A DNA stretch of 64,000 nt from Enoplolaimus lenunculus (Eukaryota). Numbering within the stretch: the stretch's first letter is position 1; the number at the start of each line of letters is the position of its first letter. The stretch is taken from NCBI GenBank assembly GCA_030248215.1, contig JASANG010001329.1, positions 248,001-312,000 on the forward strand. The letters are read 5' to 3'. Both the position numbers and the translations under genes were made by a program. Shown one piece after another: positions 34,503 through 48,623 of the stretch. The notes beneath the pieces were generated by a model. The model worked only from the letters and a program-made list of their open reading frames with translations, was not told where the DNA came from and searched no databases.

Positions 34503-34700
34503 GGCCAGTGTATAGAACGGGCGTAACAGTAGCATAAGCAAATTCGTAAGCCGAAACCTAAGACTAATGCTAACCGTAAAAATCAGAATATATCTATTCC
34601 TAAACCTAAGCCTTAGTAAGTAAAAATTTAATCAATAATTTAAGCATACTTTATTGCAATCCCGCAGAAAAACGTTCCGTCCCTGAACTTTACATGAGCC
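34503..34700 (-). mobile_element. MITE family A, inverted and older copy
   Basis: GGCCAGTGTATAGAAC ... TTTACATGAGCC; flanks AAATGCAT and AAATGCAA (7/8); decayed CCTAAG tracts. Confidence 0.82.
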
Positions 34701-36612
34701 AAATGCAATATATATACTGCAAAAATTGAATTTTTCGACACAAAGTGTTGTTTTTTAAGCTGGCCGCCAAATCAACGTTTTAGGTGGAACCAAAAAAGTG
34801 ACAATAACTATCGGCTACATTATTTGCTTAAAAATTGAACATTTGGTAAATGAACAAAAGGATCCGCACTTTTGGTCCTACCTCGGCCACCAGGACGTTC
34901 CATTGTTAGGCAACTATTAAAAGTCAACGATAGCGGGTGCGAAACCATACGTAATGATAGTCTCAACGTTTTTTGCAGCAGTCTCAACACTTTTTTGGAC
35001 GTGTATCGAAAGGCTTAGGCCCCATCCGGGATTTCCCTTTAGTTACGCGTCTGTTGTGATGAATCGACGAAAAATGCTATTTTACATTCAGTAATAATGC
35101 TTACTGCGTAACCTATAGCTTGCGATTACAAATGTCAGCAAACTACTCATGATTTAAATCATGTAAAGCATAAAAATTCACATGTTTCATGAAGGCTAGC
35201 TTGAAGCGAAAACTTGATAGTATACAGGTTCACATTTTCACAAAGTTATTCGGCTTTGAAATTAAATACAAACATATATTAGGAATTATTTAGGATTTTA
35301 ACCGCAAAACTCGCAGACTAATGTTTGCGTCGCATCGTCAGGCAGCTGTGTAGTAATTTTCAAAGGTTCAATTAAATTTTAAAGATAGTATATATTATAG
35401 CGTCGAAAAAAATGCCGCAGGTAAATTGTATAAAATTTCAGCGGCTTTTTACGCGCAGAGGCATTTTCTCTAAGATGCATTAATATGTTAAATTGTTACA
35501 ATAAATGGGTGAAAACTGCTGTGCAATAAAGTAGTAAGTTTTTTCAATGAAAAATCAGTTGCATTGCTAGCGACCACACGAGTAATAAATTGCGACAAAA
35601 ACAAGCAATGTCACTTATTACACACATATAAACATATACATATACATATATATATTAGATTTTACCTAAAAGAGCCATATTCAAAAAATTTCGCATGTAA
35701 AACTTCCCTTTTTCAAATCTGCGATTCAATTAACCATCCGGAATTGATCCAGCTTCGATGCAACCTAGTGGCAGCGTAGCCTGTTGCGGTTATTGAAGCT
35801 TTCCGCTAAGCCTGTGCTTATTATTTTAATATAATACATAGATCCATGCTACTTAACTTGAGTACAACACAATTTAGTACACTAATTGCATTCTGTTATA
35901 ATTGATCGAGCATTATTCGAAACTGTATGACTGAACAGCCAAACTAAATCCTATTGGAAAGACACGAACGACCCGAATCGAGCGTAGAAACCTAATCACA
36001 AGTAATAAATATTAAAAGGGTCAATAAAATACAATTAGCTAATATTCGATGGAAGCCAGATATTATGCTGAAACCCTGCCAACCGGTTAAGCCTAAGCCA
36101 TAACTTGAACGCTGTGCGATCAGATGAGGCACAAAACACGCTAGATGGAATGAAATGTAAGTAGGACACTCTTGCGAGTTCTAAGACAAAGCCTACGTGC
36201 CAATCAAAGTAAACAAATATTAACCGGGATGTAACATTAACACGGTAGCGATAATCTAATGTGTGTATAAAACTGATATATTGCCAGCGTTTTAATGCTA
36301 CAAGTGGAATGCAACGCACTGTGCATCAAAAAACATTTGTTCAATTCAAACCGATTTACATGGATTCAAGTGAAACCGTAACAGTTGCTCCCACAGTTAC
36401 GTAGAAGTCCGGTTCGCATGTGAAGTATATCGTTGAGTCAAATTAGCTTCATAAATAAATATATAATATATACCATGTTTTCCGTTGAATTGGCAAAAGT
36501 GCATTATTTCGAAGAAATGGCTGGTTGTTAATAACTTCTTAATGAATTAAAGATGTTTGGACGCAAAGATGTTATTACGCAATTTAAATTAATGTGTCAA
36601 CCAGATTGTTTA

Positions 36613-36870
36613 AACCCTATTCACACGTGCAAGTTTTTGCAGCGCGAACTTGCAGCTGCAACTTGCACTTGTAACTTCTGTCCAAAATCCTGTTCGAAAA
36701 ATTTGCAGCTGCAAATGATTCATTAAAAGGAATTTAGTTCACATGTGTAAATAACCATGCAAGTTCACTGGGTTTATTGCAGCCGCATTCGCATTGGCTG
36801 ATAAAAAATGCAAGTGCTACGTGCAATTTGCAGCTGTAAGTTCCCGCAGCAAAAAATTGCACGTATGTGA
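36613..36870. mobile_element. MITE family E (CTATTCACACGTGCAAG ends; PIF/Harbinger-like)
   Basis: Colinear with 48347-48623; internal TGCAGCTGCAA repeats. Confidence 0.7.
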
Positions 36871-37419
36871 GAATTTGCTGCATTTGCAGAATTCTAGTGG
36901 TAAATCGTTTCGTGTGATTCAGCAGTGGCGACATTCCGAGAAATATGGATTGAAGGCTCAAGTTCAAAAACCCATTAAATTACTGGTTTTCAGCTTGACA
37001 TTAGCATATCATTGACAGTGCGAAAGTACAAAACGCCCCAACCGGACAAATATCTATTTGTATTGGAAACCCGATTTCTTTACCAGTTCGTTCCTGGCAC
37101 CAAGTCACTTTTTTCGTGGGGAGTGGTAAGAAACGGGCCAGTGATGCCACGGTTCCCGTACCTAAACTAAACTTTAGCTAAGACAAACTGATACAGAACT
37201 ATGTATGCTGAATTAACTGACGTAGCCATGGCCCTAAGCCTAAGAGTCAACGTCAGCCTGAGCGAAAGGATACTGAAATTGTGTTGGACTTTTTGCATTG
37301 CTACTGTAGATTGCGCGGCCAGAGAATCTAAAATTTTTGAATTCACCACCGATCATTACGATCTTTGTAACTAAAAACTGCTCCCCATTCTGCGCAGAAC
37401 ATATCACTTCGAAGTACCC

Positions 37420-38286
37420 CGGGCCCGTTACCATAGTCAGGCCACGAGGGCTCATCACCGCGTAGAAATCTTGGCCCCTAGAAGTTTTGTAACCTTGCTT
37501 GTAAGTCATAGAACACTTTGTATGGCCCTCCTGAAAACTTTATAACCCATCCTAGCAAGGTGAGCTGGCTACGGGTCTGAGTATTCTAACAGTCAAGTAA
37601 CGCTACCTGCTCCCGTACAGTAGCAAGTAGCAACTGCAAAAAACAATAGGTGGGAAAAACTAATGAATGATAAATTAAAATTACGCATAACGTCGCATTA
37701 TCAAAATAAATAACTGTTATTAACGAAAATTTATGCGCTTAACATTTTTGACGCTGTGTATTCGACATGATATACCTTATGCCACGGTTTCATGAAAAAT
37801 AGGCCTTGAGTGTCGCTGCGGCCTAAGCAAATAACAAATCTGTAACAAAATGTTCAACATTGCTAGTATTAAGTGAAAACCTTTGTATGCCCCTCCTGAA
37901 TAATATTTTGCCCCTCAAGCAAGGTGAGCTGGCTACGGGCCTGACAAAGCTGCTCAAACTCAAACCCTAGTCGAACCGGACAAAGAAGTCAGCAACGGAA
38001 CACATGAAGGTAATTAAAACCCGGTTTATAATTTTATGTAAAAAATGCTATTTGTTGAGCAATCTATACTACAACAGTCGGTCTACAGTTTATCAATCAA
38101 ACCAATTTATCCTAATTGGGTTCAGGTCCGTAGAAAGCTCACCTTGCTATGGGGGCCTAAAATTCACTTTTCCAGGAGGGGCATTCAATAGTTTTAATGA
38201 CTTACAAGCAAGATTGAAAATTTGCCAGGTGGTCCAAATTTTTGCAGGGGGGCTGAGGCCCCTACCCCCCTTGGCTACGAGCGGAA
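37420..38286. mobile_element. Cluster of three family D MITEs (37420-37579 -, ~37880-37943 -, 38123-38286 +)
   Basis: AGCAAGGTGAGCTGGCTACGGG occurs twice, and a degenerate reverse complement once. Confidence 0.72.
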
Positions 38287-40076
38287 TTAGGTTGGGTTCA
38301 GATTAAAAAACATATAAAATAACGATAGAACACTGCTGATGAGCGAATACGCTACAAAACTAAAGAACATCACATAAAGAACACGAAATATTAAAAAAGT
38401 TCGTTTGCGCAACACAGTGTTTCATCGCCTGTAGCAATCACATCATTTAATATTTCAAACTTTCAAATTTACACCATTGTTTTTTGTTGTGAAAAACGTA
38501 CACTTAAGCGGTATGTTTTTTGATCAAAACTATTCAAATGGTAAGTTTTAGGGCAACGCATTTTATTAAAATGCACGAAAACATAATGGGCTCGCAAAAT
38601 CGGCCCTACTTGCAAACTTGACGAATTGTTTAAGTTTCCACGGTATTTTTAGAATATAGACACATACGCTAAAATATGAACTATAAACTAGAAGAATGGT
38701 TAAAAGAAACCGCGGCCAATTGGCTAAGACGCCAGCCTTATAGCGCCATTCACTTTGACTTCATTGCAAAACAACCACGCTTTCATTTCGGGAGAATGTA
38801 AGCATTATGCAAAAACTATTGTGCGAATGAGCGTAGCGAGCGAAAATTATTTATTTCGCACTCCAGGATCAAGGAGACTCCGACCATTGGTCTGGTTTTT
38901 AAACACTAAAAATTGAATATTTTTTAATAATTTCTTCTAGAACCTAATTTTATCTTATATATGTACTCTATAATAGCTTTAACTAAACTTAATTCAAGCT
39001 TAAACTAATACTGCAGCATTAAACCAACTTTCTAGATTATCCAAACTAACAGGTAGGCTTACATTTTTATAAAAATTCGTTTTAGTAAACACTCATTTAA
39101 AATGTTACATATTTTTAGTTCCAACTAAACGTAACGAATTCTCTGATACACATAATTTCTTGGCTACACTTGTTACTAAAACCGAAAATAAGCTTAACTA
39201 ATAATCAAATTTAATTAAACCATAATTTAAGTTTATGTTTTCAGAAAGTAAATATATGTATGTATGTATATATGTATGTATATAGGTATATTCATTTCCG
39301 ATAATGTTGGTACCGAATATAATGGATTTGTTGCACTTTCTACAACTTCCGCACACAATTTCACATCCACCAAAGAACAGTAAAAAGTTTATAAATAAAA
39401 AAATACGGAACCACTCAAACCTTACGACTTGCTTAAAATGGTATTCTTGCGCACTACCCGAAATGACCACCGTATTCATGTCCAAAAAATTTCACTTAAA
39501 CGCTAAAGTTTTACTCTATAATGCAGCTACCGTTGGCCTTGAGATCCTCTTCAAAATCGTGAAAAAATACATTGAAACAAAGTACAACATTTAAGTATAT
39601 GACATGCACCTGCACTGCCAACACGAAATTTGACGGCAAAAAGTGTTCACAATCAGGTTGCGGCCGGCGGATCCAGAAATTTCTGACGTCTGGTGGGCTA
39701 GCTTTCACAAAAAATGTTTTTTGAGAAGTAATATTGTAAGGCAATCGGCCTTACCAGTCTATCACAAAAAATTTCTGAGGGAGCACAATTATAACGTAGG
39801 GACCGTGCCGTTTTATCACCAAATATTACCCACCCCCCGACCTCTTTCTGGATCTTCTGGTATAATCAGGGGTATATCGCCCGTGAAATTTGTGGAGAAA
39901 CGAAACAACGGCACTTTTACAAGGATATGGAGTGCTTTTGTGCTTCATACAAAACAAAACGTTTTCTAACTCGTTGCGTTTGTTTGAAAAAACTTTTGCT
40001 CGAAGTTTTATAGCCCATCAATATGAGTTTAAAGCTCCGCTTTTGTGAATCAAGTCTTTACAGTCATAAACTAATG

Positions 40077-40276
40077 GGCCCATGTTACTTTAAGCGGCGT
40101 CCAGGTTTCTGGTAGGTCCATAAAAGTAGGTTTAGATTCTAGGTTACATTTTTTGCTTAGATTGCTTAGACTTTTACGCTTCGGCTTAGCCTTAGGAACA
40201 CATTTCTGCAACGCTTAGGCTTAGGCTTAGGAATACGCTTAATCTACTGTTACTCCCCATTAAAGAAACATTGACC
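40077..40276 (+). mobile_element. MITE family A, subfamily A1
   Basis: GGCCCATGTTACTTTAAG ... TTAAAGAAACATTGACC; flanks AACTAATG and AACTGATG (7/8). Confidence 0.88.
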
Positions 40277-41320
40277 AACTGATGTATGATAAATAATGGA
40301 TTGTATAAATCCATAGTTTAACTAGGAGTAGTTTACTTGAAATAAAAAATTCTATAACTGTTAATTTTTTGCTGTTTTTCTGTGACCTCAGCAGGAAAAA
40401 AATGCGGTCTTATGATTGACTTTTCTTTAAATATCATCTACGCCAATACTTGAAAGCAACAAAAAACGCAACAAATTTCAACAATAAATCCTCGTGTCAT
40501 TGAAATGTGACTGCGGAGTACAGTTGTTGCAGTACAACAGCGACCGCTGAAGCAGTAAATTTATTATTTGTATCACAATACACGTGACATACACACGACA
40601 ATTTGTAGTTTGTACTAATTGTTGTCAGTTTTAATATGACATAAAATCGTCACAAGCAAAGCGAGCAAGAAGCCAAATGCAATTTTAATAAATTTTCTCA
40701 GGATGACGATTTAGTGAAATTTGTATACTATGTGTTATACAAAATTTTTTGACTTTAAAATAATGGGAGTGACCGACCTTCATGCTTCAACGGTTGCAGT
40801 GCTATTATATCTTAAATTCTAAATCGACTCGCGATGTCACTACTACGCAAAATATAGTACCGAAATAGCTATTTTTATCATTTAAGAACGTTCCAGCACG
40901 CAGCTACTACGACAAATACTGACAAATAGCTTTCCAACCTACAGCTAAAGTTTTTCAAAACTTTCAGTGTGCCTGGCACAACCCGGTACATAGATTCCCT
41001 GCCTTGCCAAGGCTTTGGTAAACCAAATACACAATTATTATAATTATAATTATTATTATTATTACTGGAATCAATACAGCAAGGATGAACGCTGCGAAAT
41101 ACGTATATCTAGTACTGAATAAAAATGGGAAAATTTAAACCAGAATCAAATATATAGAACTAAGATTAAGATAGTGTTTAAATTTTTGCTTTATTGTATG
41201 TATATGTTTGCTCGAAAACCATTCAGCCAACCATTTCGGTTGTTCAAAGCTTCAACTGACTGCGATGCAATTTAGAGTAAATTTTTTATTGGACGTATTT
41301 GTTTGAATTTATAGCTGTAC

Positions 41321-41475
41321 GAATCAACGACATTTTGTCGCCCGACAGCTGCTTAAAATTAAGCAGATACATAATCCTAAGACTAAGCCTAAGCGTAATG
41401 GTGGGGATAAATTGTCCGATTAACGGTCAACAAGTACAAAATGTCGGCCGACGAGTTGTTCAAACGTCGAAATGT
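41321..41475 (-). mobile_element. MITE family B, degenerate
   Basis: GAATCAACGACATTTTGTCGCCC resembles the reverse complement of the 11900 end; CCTAAG tract inside. Confidence 0.55.
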
Positions 41476-41831
41476 TGTGTTAGCATTCGGGCATATGCAG
41501 TTGGAGTATTGCTCGGTTACGTCGCTGCAGAGGGACCAGAGGAGATCAGGCGCTTTGTAAAAAGTTTGCCAACCCCCTGCTAGAAAATATTCAACCTTGC
41601 TTATAAAGGCAACAAAAATCATTGAATGACATTTTCGAAAAATGTTTAGCCAATCTATAAAGGTGAGTAGGCTAAGCGCTGGGTATTGCTTCCGAGAATA
41701 AATATGAGTCTGCAGTTTTAAAAAATTTAAAACATCAGATTTATTAGTCATTCATGAAAGCAGGCAAAATATACTGAAGCCGGAGCACACATAAAATCCG
41801 GACGTGATTTAAAATTTGACATCTACATTGC

Positions 41832-42027
41832 TTCATGTAAAAACTAGGGGTGGAACGTTTTTCTGCCGGATTGCAATAGTGTAATCTTAGGCTTTAGACT
41901 AATATTTTGCTTCAGCTTACGCTTAGTGTAAGCTCAGTTTTACTCTCTAGTCTTAGGTTTTAGGTTTAAGTTTAGGCTTATGAATATGTTTATACTACTT
42001 TCACTGCCCTGTTCTATACAATGGCCG
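41832..42027 (+). mobile_element. MITE family A, degenerate left end
   Basis: Right end CCCTGTTCTATACAATGGCC; internal TTAGGC-like tracts; body colinear with other copies. Confidence 0.8.
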
Positions 42028-42174
42028 TTTATTTAATATAGGATTATTTTATTTTAGCGTTTATAGTCTCTAAAGGTTTGCCAAAAGGTCGTTTTATGGT
42101 TTTTTCGAGGAATCGTCGTGAACAAAAATTTTAAAAAACGGTTTCAAAATTACAATCAAACCCCACTGAACGGC

Positions 42175-42319
42175 TCAATGGCTTTCGAGGTAGTGTATAG
42201 CACAATTATTGCAACATAGACATGTAGACGCACGGCGTGACATTGCTCCAGGTGAACCGCTTCCACCTCCGTAGCCCGGATCGAAATGCACATATGGCGT
42301 AGCGTTTAATTCACAAAGC
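42175..42319 (-). CDS. Possible terminal exon (LCELNATPYVHFDPGYGGGSGSPGAMSRRASTCLCCNNCAIHYLESH*)
   Basis: GC-elevated open segment after a tgtttaag acceptor, with a phase-compatible upstream candidate at 42843-42764. No family recognised and no complete model obtained. Confidence 0.25.
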
Positions 42320-45300
42320 CTTAAACAAACGATTCGCGCAAAATGAATTATAACATCAGTTTGTTCTTTGAACAATCGTTGTAACCGTGTAAATTTCTGA
42401 GCCACAGAAATTTGTTTTATTAAAGTGAGTAAAATGGTATTTTGCAACGGATCCTGCTTTAAAATGATGATGATGAGATTGTGCAAATTGCAAGGGCTGG
42501 TAACGCTTGCGCGAAAACAGTGGCGGGTCATTTTTTGTAAACCGTAAAAAGTCAGCAAGTGCAGTCCCAATCAATTGGTACGTTTATTCCACCAAAATCC
42601 AACAAACCAAACGAAAAAAGTAAACATCAAAACAAAGCTCTTGTGGTATGTAGCTAGCTAGGGTGATCCTCAATTTCTATACAAGCAATCACACTAATTT
42701 ACCTACCTTCACATAATATCTTTTTTGTTCAAGAATGCAGCTGCTACAGGAACGATTTATTTACCTTCCTGGAACCGGTTCGTTCCTGGTCGAGCATCGG
42801 TGAGATGAAATGAACGCTGCTTGGTAATTGAAAATGTTGATCACTGATATGAAACACTTGTTATTTCGTTATCATTTAATTCATTGGTTAAGTTCTTCTT
42901 ATTCGATAAAGCCAATGCGTGACTTTACTGTTGCTCTTCGAAATACTCGAGTTTCTTATGCGATACAGTAGTGTATACACAATTTTAAAAAATTTACAAA
43001 ATTTGCAAATAATCAGAAGCATAGTTTAAAATTAAACTGATTTAAAACGAACGGAATGAACGAAAAGGAAGACAACAGAATATTTCTCCAAAATTCGTAC
43101 GCAGTTAAAAGCCCTCTTAGCAGCAATGCATGTCTTGCACATAACCGAAGTTTTAAAATTTGTAACCTGAGAAATGTCTTATTTTATAAAATTCAGATTA
43201 CTTTTAGGGCGGCGTTGTATACTCGTCGTACGGCGCCGTCCGTTACCGTGCGTTGTGGTAAGCAAATTACACACGTATGATACCGTATTGTGATGCACGG
43301 TGACGGACGGTGCCGTACGGATGACGCATGGTGACGGATCGGGCGGCGCCAATCGGGTGACGGAATAAGGGTTGCGCTCATCGAAAGTATAGCGCAACCC
43401 ATACGCTTGTTGCCAATTTAGTTGCAAATTGTATCGGCTCGTGGCGGTTTGTTTTTTACAGCAATGCGGTTAATAAAATCCTACTGTACTGTGCTATATT
43501 CTATGTAACGTAAGAATGGCATAAACGAAAGGTGTGAGGGTCCGAATGGTACCAAGGTTCAGGTTGATTTAAAAACAAGTAACAGTTCATAAAGGTATAA
43601 CAAGGAATACCTTCCGTAGAGGCAAAATAAATATCAGCATCATCGCTCTTATTCGGGTTAAGTACAGTAACGAAAGTATCCGGTGAATGTTCGACCGCTG
43701 TGGCTGTAAGAATTTGAACATTTAACCTTATGACCTTATTTCGCTTCACTCACCCGGCTGTGGCAAAATTTGCTGACGTCTGGCTAATACTTTCCTCCGT
43801 TTGTACCGTGATAATTATTTTTGTTAATCTCAACAAGATTTACGAACATCAATGAGATTATTGACATGTTTGCATTCATTTGTCAGTAGAACAGTTGTGA
43901 AGGTTAAATTCTGCGTGCTTCTTATTCAAATCTTTACACAGCAGGAACAGGATTAAACTTTAAAATAAATTTGTTTTAAAAACGAGAATGTTGTAGAAAA
44001 CTTCCGCGTTGTCAATGTTAGTAGCAGTTGAATTAAAAGGGTCTGTCCACAAAGCGTGAATCTTAACCTAAACACAAACGTTTAAAACCATACTGTTATC
44101 CTAAGACTAATTCTTCAGTTTTTTAAGTACTCAAGTGTCTCGGTTTCGCAGTGCGCAGGCATCCTTTTATTAATGCCGTTTATGAGTATTTTGATCAATA
44201 TTCGGTTTTCTTCCTACATCATATATACTGTGCATCGTTATATTTTATATATCTGAGATTATGCTTCCGATTTATCATACATAATAGTTATCATAATCAT
44301 ACGGTCCGACTAAAACTTAAGCTTAAACGCAGTTTAGACGAAATTTCAGCACCTAATCACGCGTTCATGTCGACAGACGAATTTTGCTGATCTGGCTTCT
44401 GTCTCAAAGAAGACCTGATTATTTCAACGTTGCATGATGATATCATAGGTTTAATCCCTGGCCAGGTGAAGAGCTGATATTTGCAAATCCTGATGATTAG
44501 CGACGCTTTAGTAGCTCTAATTCCGGTTTACTCGCTTTTGAAGTCCATTGCTGGCAAAATTGAAATCATGCAAGAGCGAGACGGTTGGTAATACAGATTA
44601 TTGGCTAGAATAAAGCCATAAGCACAATTTATTAAATATGAATATCAGTTTTGAAAGAGTTGAAACAACTTTGTGAGCCGCAGCCAGGGCCACAGGCTTG
44701 CTTTATATTGCTATTTGTCCGGTGTGTAAGGGCGGGTGGCTGTTACTATAGATCCAAACAATGATGTGTGTCTGAGACAGTATTAAAATCAACGAACAAA
44801 TCACTTAATTAGGTTCGACTGCAGTTGAATAATAACTTGCTGGTTCGATGCTTGACCAAAATTACAATTTGTATCGCGATAACGAACCCAACAGTCGAAA
44901 ACATTTCGCTGTTCAACACTCACCCTTGGTACAATCTTCAACTTTCTTTAAATTACGTCGTTGTTCCTCTTACGTTCGTCGTATCTCCCGGTGTATCCAG
45001 TTCAAAAAAGCTTGGCAATTACAATAAATAAACTTAATTTATCTTAATTATCATTGTTTTAGTTTTTTTGAGCTCGCATTCTTATATAAATGAATTAGCT
45101 GAGACAGGTGCCTAACAAATAGCCGACGGTAAGTATATTTTAGTACTTACGACTGAAAATTGGAGAGTATAATTTGTTTTACTGCGTGATTTTCAGTGTT
45201 ATATTTCCGTTTTTGTCTAGAAGTAGAAGCGTAGCCACTGCGATGTCCAAGTGGTCTTTGGCGTATGAAATGACTGACAAGTTTATTTTTGCTACCTCAA

Positions 45301-45845
45301 TGCCAGTATGGCACAAATAGATTTAAAGAAAAACATCAGATTAAAACAGTTACGCGTTATTTTGCGATCATATGGCTAACTGGATAAAGCGGTGGACTGT
45401 CGAGCAAGAGGCTACAGATTCAATGCTTACCCATTTCGATTATCTGGTTGGAGCTTGCTTTCTTTACTATAACTGCTGACTGGTTTCGTATAGAGTTACA
45501 TCCGTGGCCAAAACGTTTTTAGGAGGGTACAAATTTCTTGGGGAGACACTGGCCCCTTCTGGTTACTGGTCTGACTTAATAATTTTGACGTTTCAAAAAG
45601 TCACACAAGCTGTTTTTAGACAGAAATAAGTTGCCCAAGGCGCAGATGACTCATAAAGCATTAATTGTACATATACGTATACTCAAAAATCAGCTGCCAA
45701 GCAGCGTGTTTTATAAGCATATTGTTTCAAGCCAAAGGAAACTATAACCACTATATAAGAATGCGAAGAATGCGGGCAATTGGAATAAGATATATTGTTG
45801 CTGCCATTCAAAAATCCACAAATATTTTTGGTTTTATCACTCATA

Positions 45846-46172
45846 CTGTATGGACCCGAATAAGAGGGGGGCGGTAATAAGAGGGGGTCCCCATTTTGAG
45901 TCCAAATCAATAGGAGTCCGTATTCCTAATAAGAGTCCGTAAGCGGATTGAGTCCCTAAACCCTAATTAGAGTCCATAAATGTCAACTAGCCATTAATTT
46001 TAGCGCACAAATGACTCCAGGACCAAATAATTTGAGTTCGAAACTCTAAAGCGTATAAATGTTGAAAGTACATTCATAATTATTACCTTGTATTATCGCT
46101 CAAGGTATTGACGCAAGAGAAATAAATGTTTAATTCAACGGATAATTGCAGTACCGGATATATATCAGTAAT
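45846..46172 (-). mobile_element. MITE family C, truncated
   Basis: Reverse complement of ~4925-5244. Confidence 0.85.
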
Positions 46173-46944
46173 AGTACGGTTAAAACAGTTTAAAAATTCA
46201 ACTTTTTCTACGTCATTATCTGGTTCCAAGAGTTTCTTATGAAAATTTTTGGTGTGAACAATTTTTTACTCGCACTTTGAATAAAAATTAACTTACTTGG
46301 CCAGTATTTACCCGTGGGTTCATATCTTAATTGGTTCCTATTGCTTAACTGTTTTTGCGAACCGTGGAATTTCTAGTTAATTGTATATTTTGCTGTTTCT
46401 TAACTCCGATAGATTACGTGTAAAATGTGGAATGTTTTAAAGAATTCGCCGATAAAAACGTTTCTAGAAGGACAAGAAAAATTTTACTATCATCGAATGT
46501 TTTCTTAGAGAAAAATGTCTTCGCAGGAGGCTTAGGTCAGAACTGCAATTTCGACCAGATGTATGAACTGGATTGTTGAAAGATTGTATAAAATTTAGTA
46601 AGTTTGCCGTATAGCAAGTCAGCTACTTTTTGATTAAAACACCGCTTTCTGAATTTAATAAACCTGGAATGGTAAGGTTAAAATACTTTCTATCGTTTAA
46701 AGTTGCTTTATACCTTGAAACCATATTTCTTGGTACCGCTGACTTCTTTGCGCTCGTTCGAAATTATAATAATTGAACGTCCTTTGAGTAGGCGTGAGTA
46801 AAATTTATCAGGCGTCAAAACATACAAATATTAAAAAATTACACCTCAAAACAAGTGTCTCTTGAGACTATTTCTTGATTTTCAGTTTACGGCACTCTAA
46901 GCAGCACCTGTTAAACAAACAACATCATTTTATCTCAGCATATA

Positions 46945-47352
46945 TTGTAGTGACGTCATAAGAGGATGGTGATAAGGGCGGTCTTCATGTTTAGTCCCAA
47001 TTAGTAGGAGTTTGTATCCTTCATTAGGGTCCGTCCTTGGATGGAGTCTATAAGTCCTAATTAGAGGCCATAACAGAGAAAAGCTGAATGACCTACACTG
47101 CTCAAATACGTATAAACAGACACTCAGAAGACACGCATAACCTTCATTAAACCAGAAAAATTAACATAGCATGCAACAAAAATCTTTCGGGGCAAGTTAC
47201 TTTTGCGCAAAATAAAAATATAAAAAGAACGGTGGTGAGTCCATCCACATGGAGTAAATTAAAATAAATAACTGCCCGTAACAGAATCACAGGGGGGTAC
47301 CTTTGGAGCGGCTAAATATATATCAGTCCTCCTCTTGTTCGGGTCACTACAG
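46945..47352 (-). mobile_element. MITE family C, diverged variant
   Basis: TTGTAGTGAC ... TCTTGTTCGGGTCACTACAG|ta ends. Confidence 0.72.
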
Positions 47353-48346
47353 TATATGCCGTTTAAACGGTTTTGGTATACAAACTTCCCGCCCACGTTA
47401 AAAATTAACATGTTTATACTTGAACATAGGGTTAGGCAAAAAAAGCTTAGAGAAAGGCTTAGGTTTAATGCTAACATATACACTGGTAAGCCTAGTCGTT
47501 TCTTAAATCTAAGCCTAAAGCCTAAACCTAAAGGTGGAGAAACTGTTCAAGAGCTGGTCCGTTAAAAACCACGTATTCATGCACTTTCCAACAGATGTAT
47601 CGTGATATGACATGGAAATTCGAGAAAATTTTGTAATCAAAATTGAAAATGACATCTCCATTTCAACAAAACGCGATAAAGAATATTGTCAAAAATGAAA
47701 CATTTTTTAAACGTTTTTCGCGTTTTAAACGTCATCTTTCAAAACGATTTCAGAGAAACCCTAAATCGAATCGCTTGCGTATCTTTTAACACTAAATGCT
47801 TATTAGCCATACCAAAACGCTATTTTCGTTTCAGTAGAAACGTTTTTTCAACATTTAGTGTTCTAACACGTTTCTAAAATAAGAACAGATTTTGTGCAAT
47901 AAGCGCTCTGATGCAGCCGGACTATCTGGGAATTAAGCAATGCAGTCATGTGACGTTCTTAACTGCGGTGACGTAGTAATTTACAGTTGGTCAAATAGTT
48001 TTAGTATCTCTAAGGGCTTATGCACCTCTCAGTAATGGCAACAATGTTTTTCTCAAAACGTGTTTATTCTGGCGAAAAATACCTGGAGAATTATGGAAGT
48101 GTTTGTGTTTTTCAAGGTTCTGCCCGCAGATAAGATTTACCTCAACCTGGACAAGTCAGCTAAAATTCTATTGTGGCTTTTGGTTATTAAAACAATCTTG
48201 AGGTTTTTCTGTGCATGAAATTAAGTGTTAAAAGGTTACAAACTTAATGATCACTTGGCTAAAAATCAAAATTTTTTAAACCAGTAATTCGGCGTTCTGG
48301 CTATATTGATAATTAAGTTTTTCATATCTCTATAAAGGTAGTATCT

Positions 48347-48623
48347 AAAAGCGCTATTCACAAGGGCAAGTTTAGCTGCGAGAACTGGCAACTGCACCTT
48401 GCATTTGCAAGTTTTGTCCAAAATCGCGTTCGGAAAACGTGCAGCTGCAAATAATTCATTAAAAATCATAGCTAGGAGTTTTGTTCACACGTGTGAGCAA
48501 CCATTGCAGTTCACTGATTTTATTACAACCACTTTCTCATTGGCTGAAGAAAAAATGCGAGTTTTACGTGCAATTTGAAGCTGCAAGTCCTCGTCAAAAA
48601 CTTGTACGTATAAATAGGCTTTA
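48347..48623. mobile_element. MITE family E, both ends present
   Basis: AAGCGCTATTCACAAGGGCAAG ... CTTGTACGTATAAATAGGCTTTAA imperfect TIR; colinear with the 36613 copy. Confidence 0.72.

Noticed and set aside
44448..44500. GGTTTAAT start resembling a spliced-leader RNA gene
   Set aside because: It does not match SL1 beyond 8 nt and has no convincing Sm site or stem-loops.
45363..45440. tRNA-like A box (TGGCTAACTGG) with a GTC triplet
   Set aside because: The stems and B box are too decayed to call; at most a SINE remnant.
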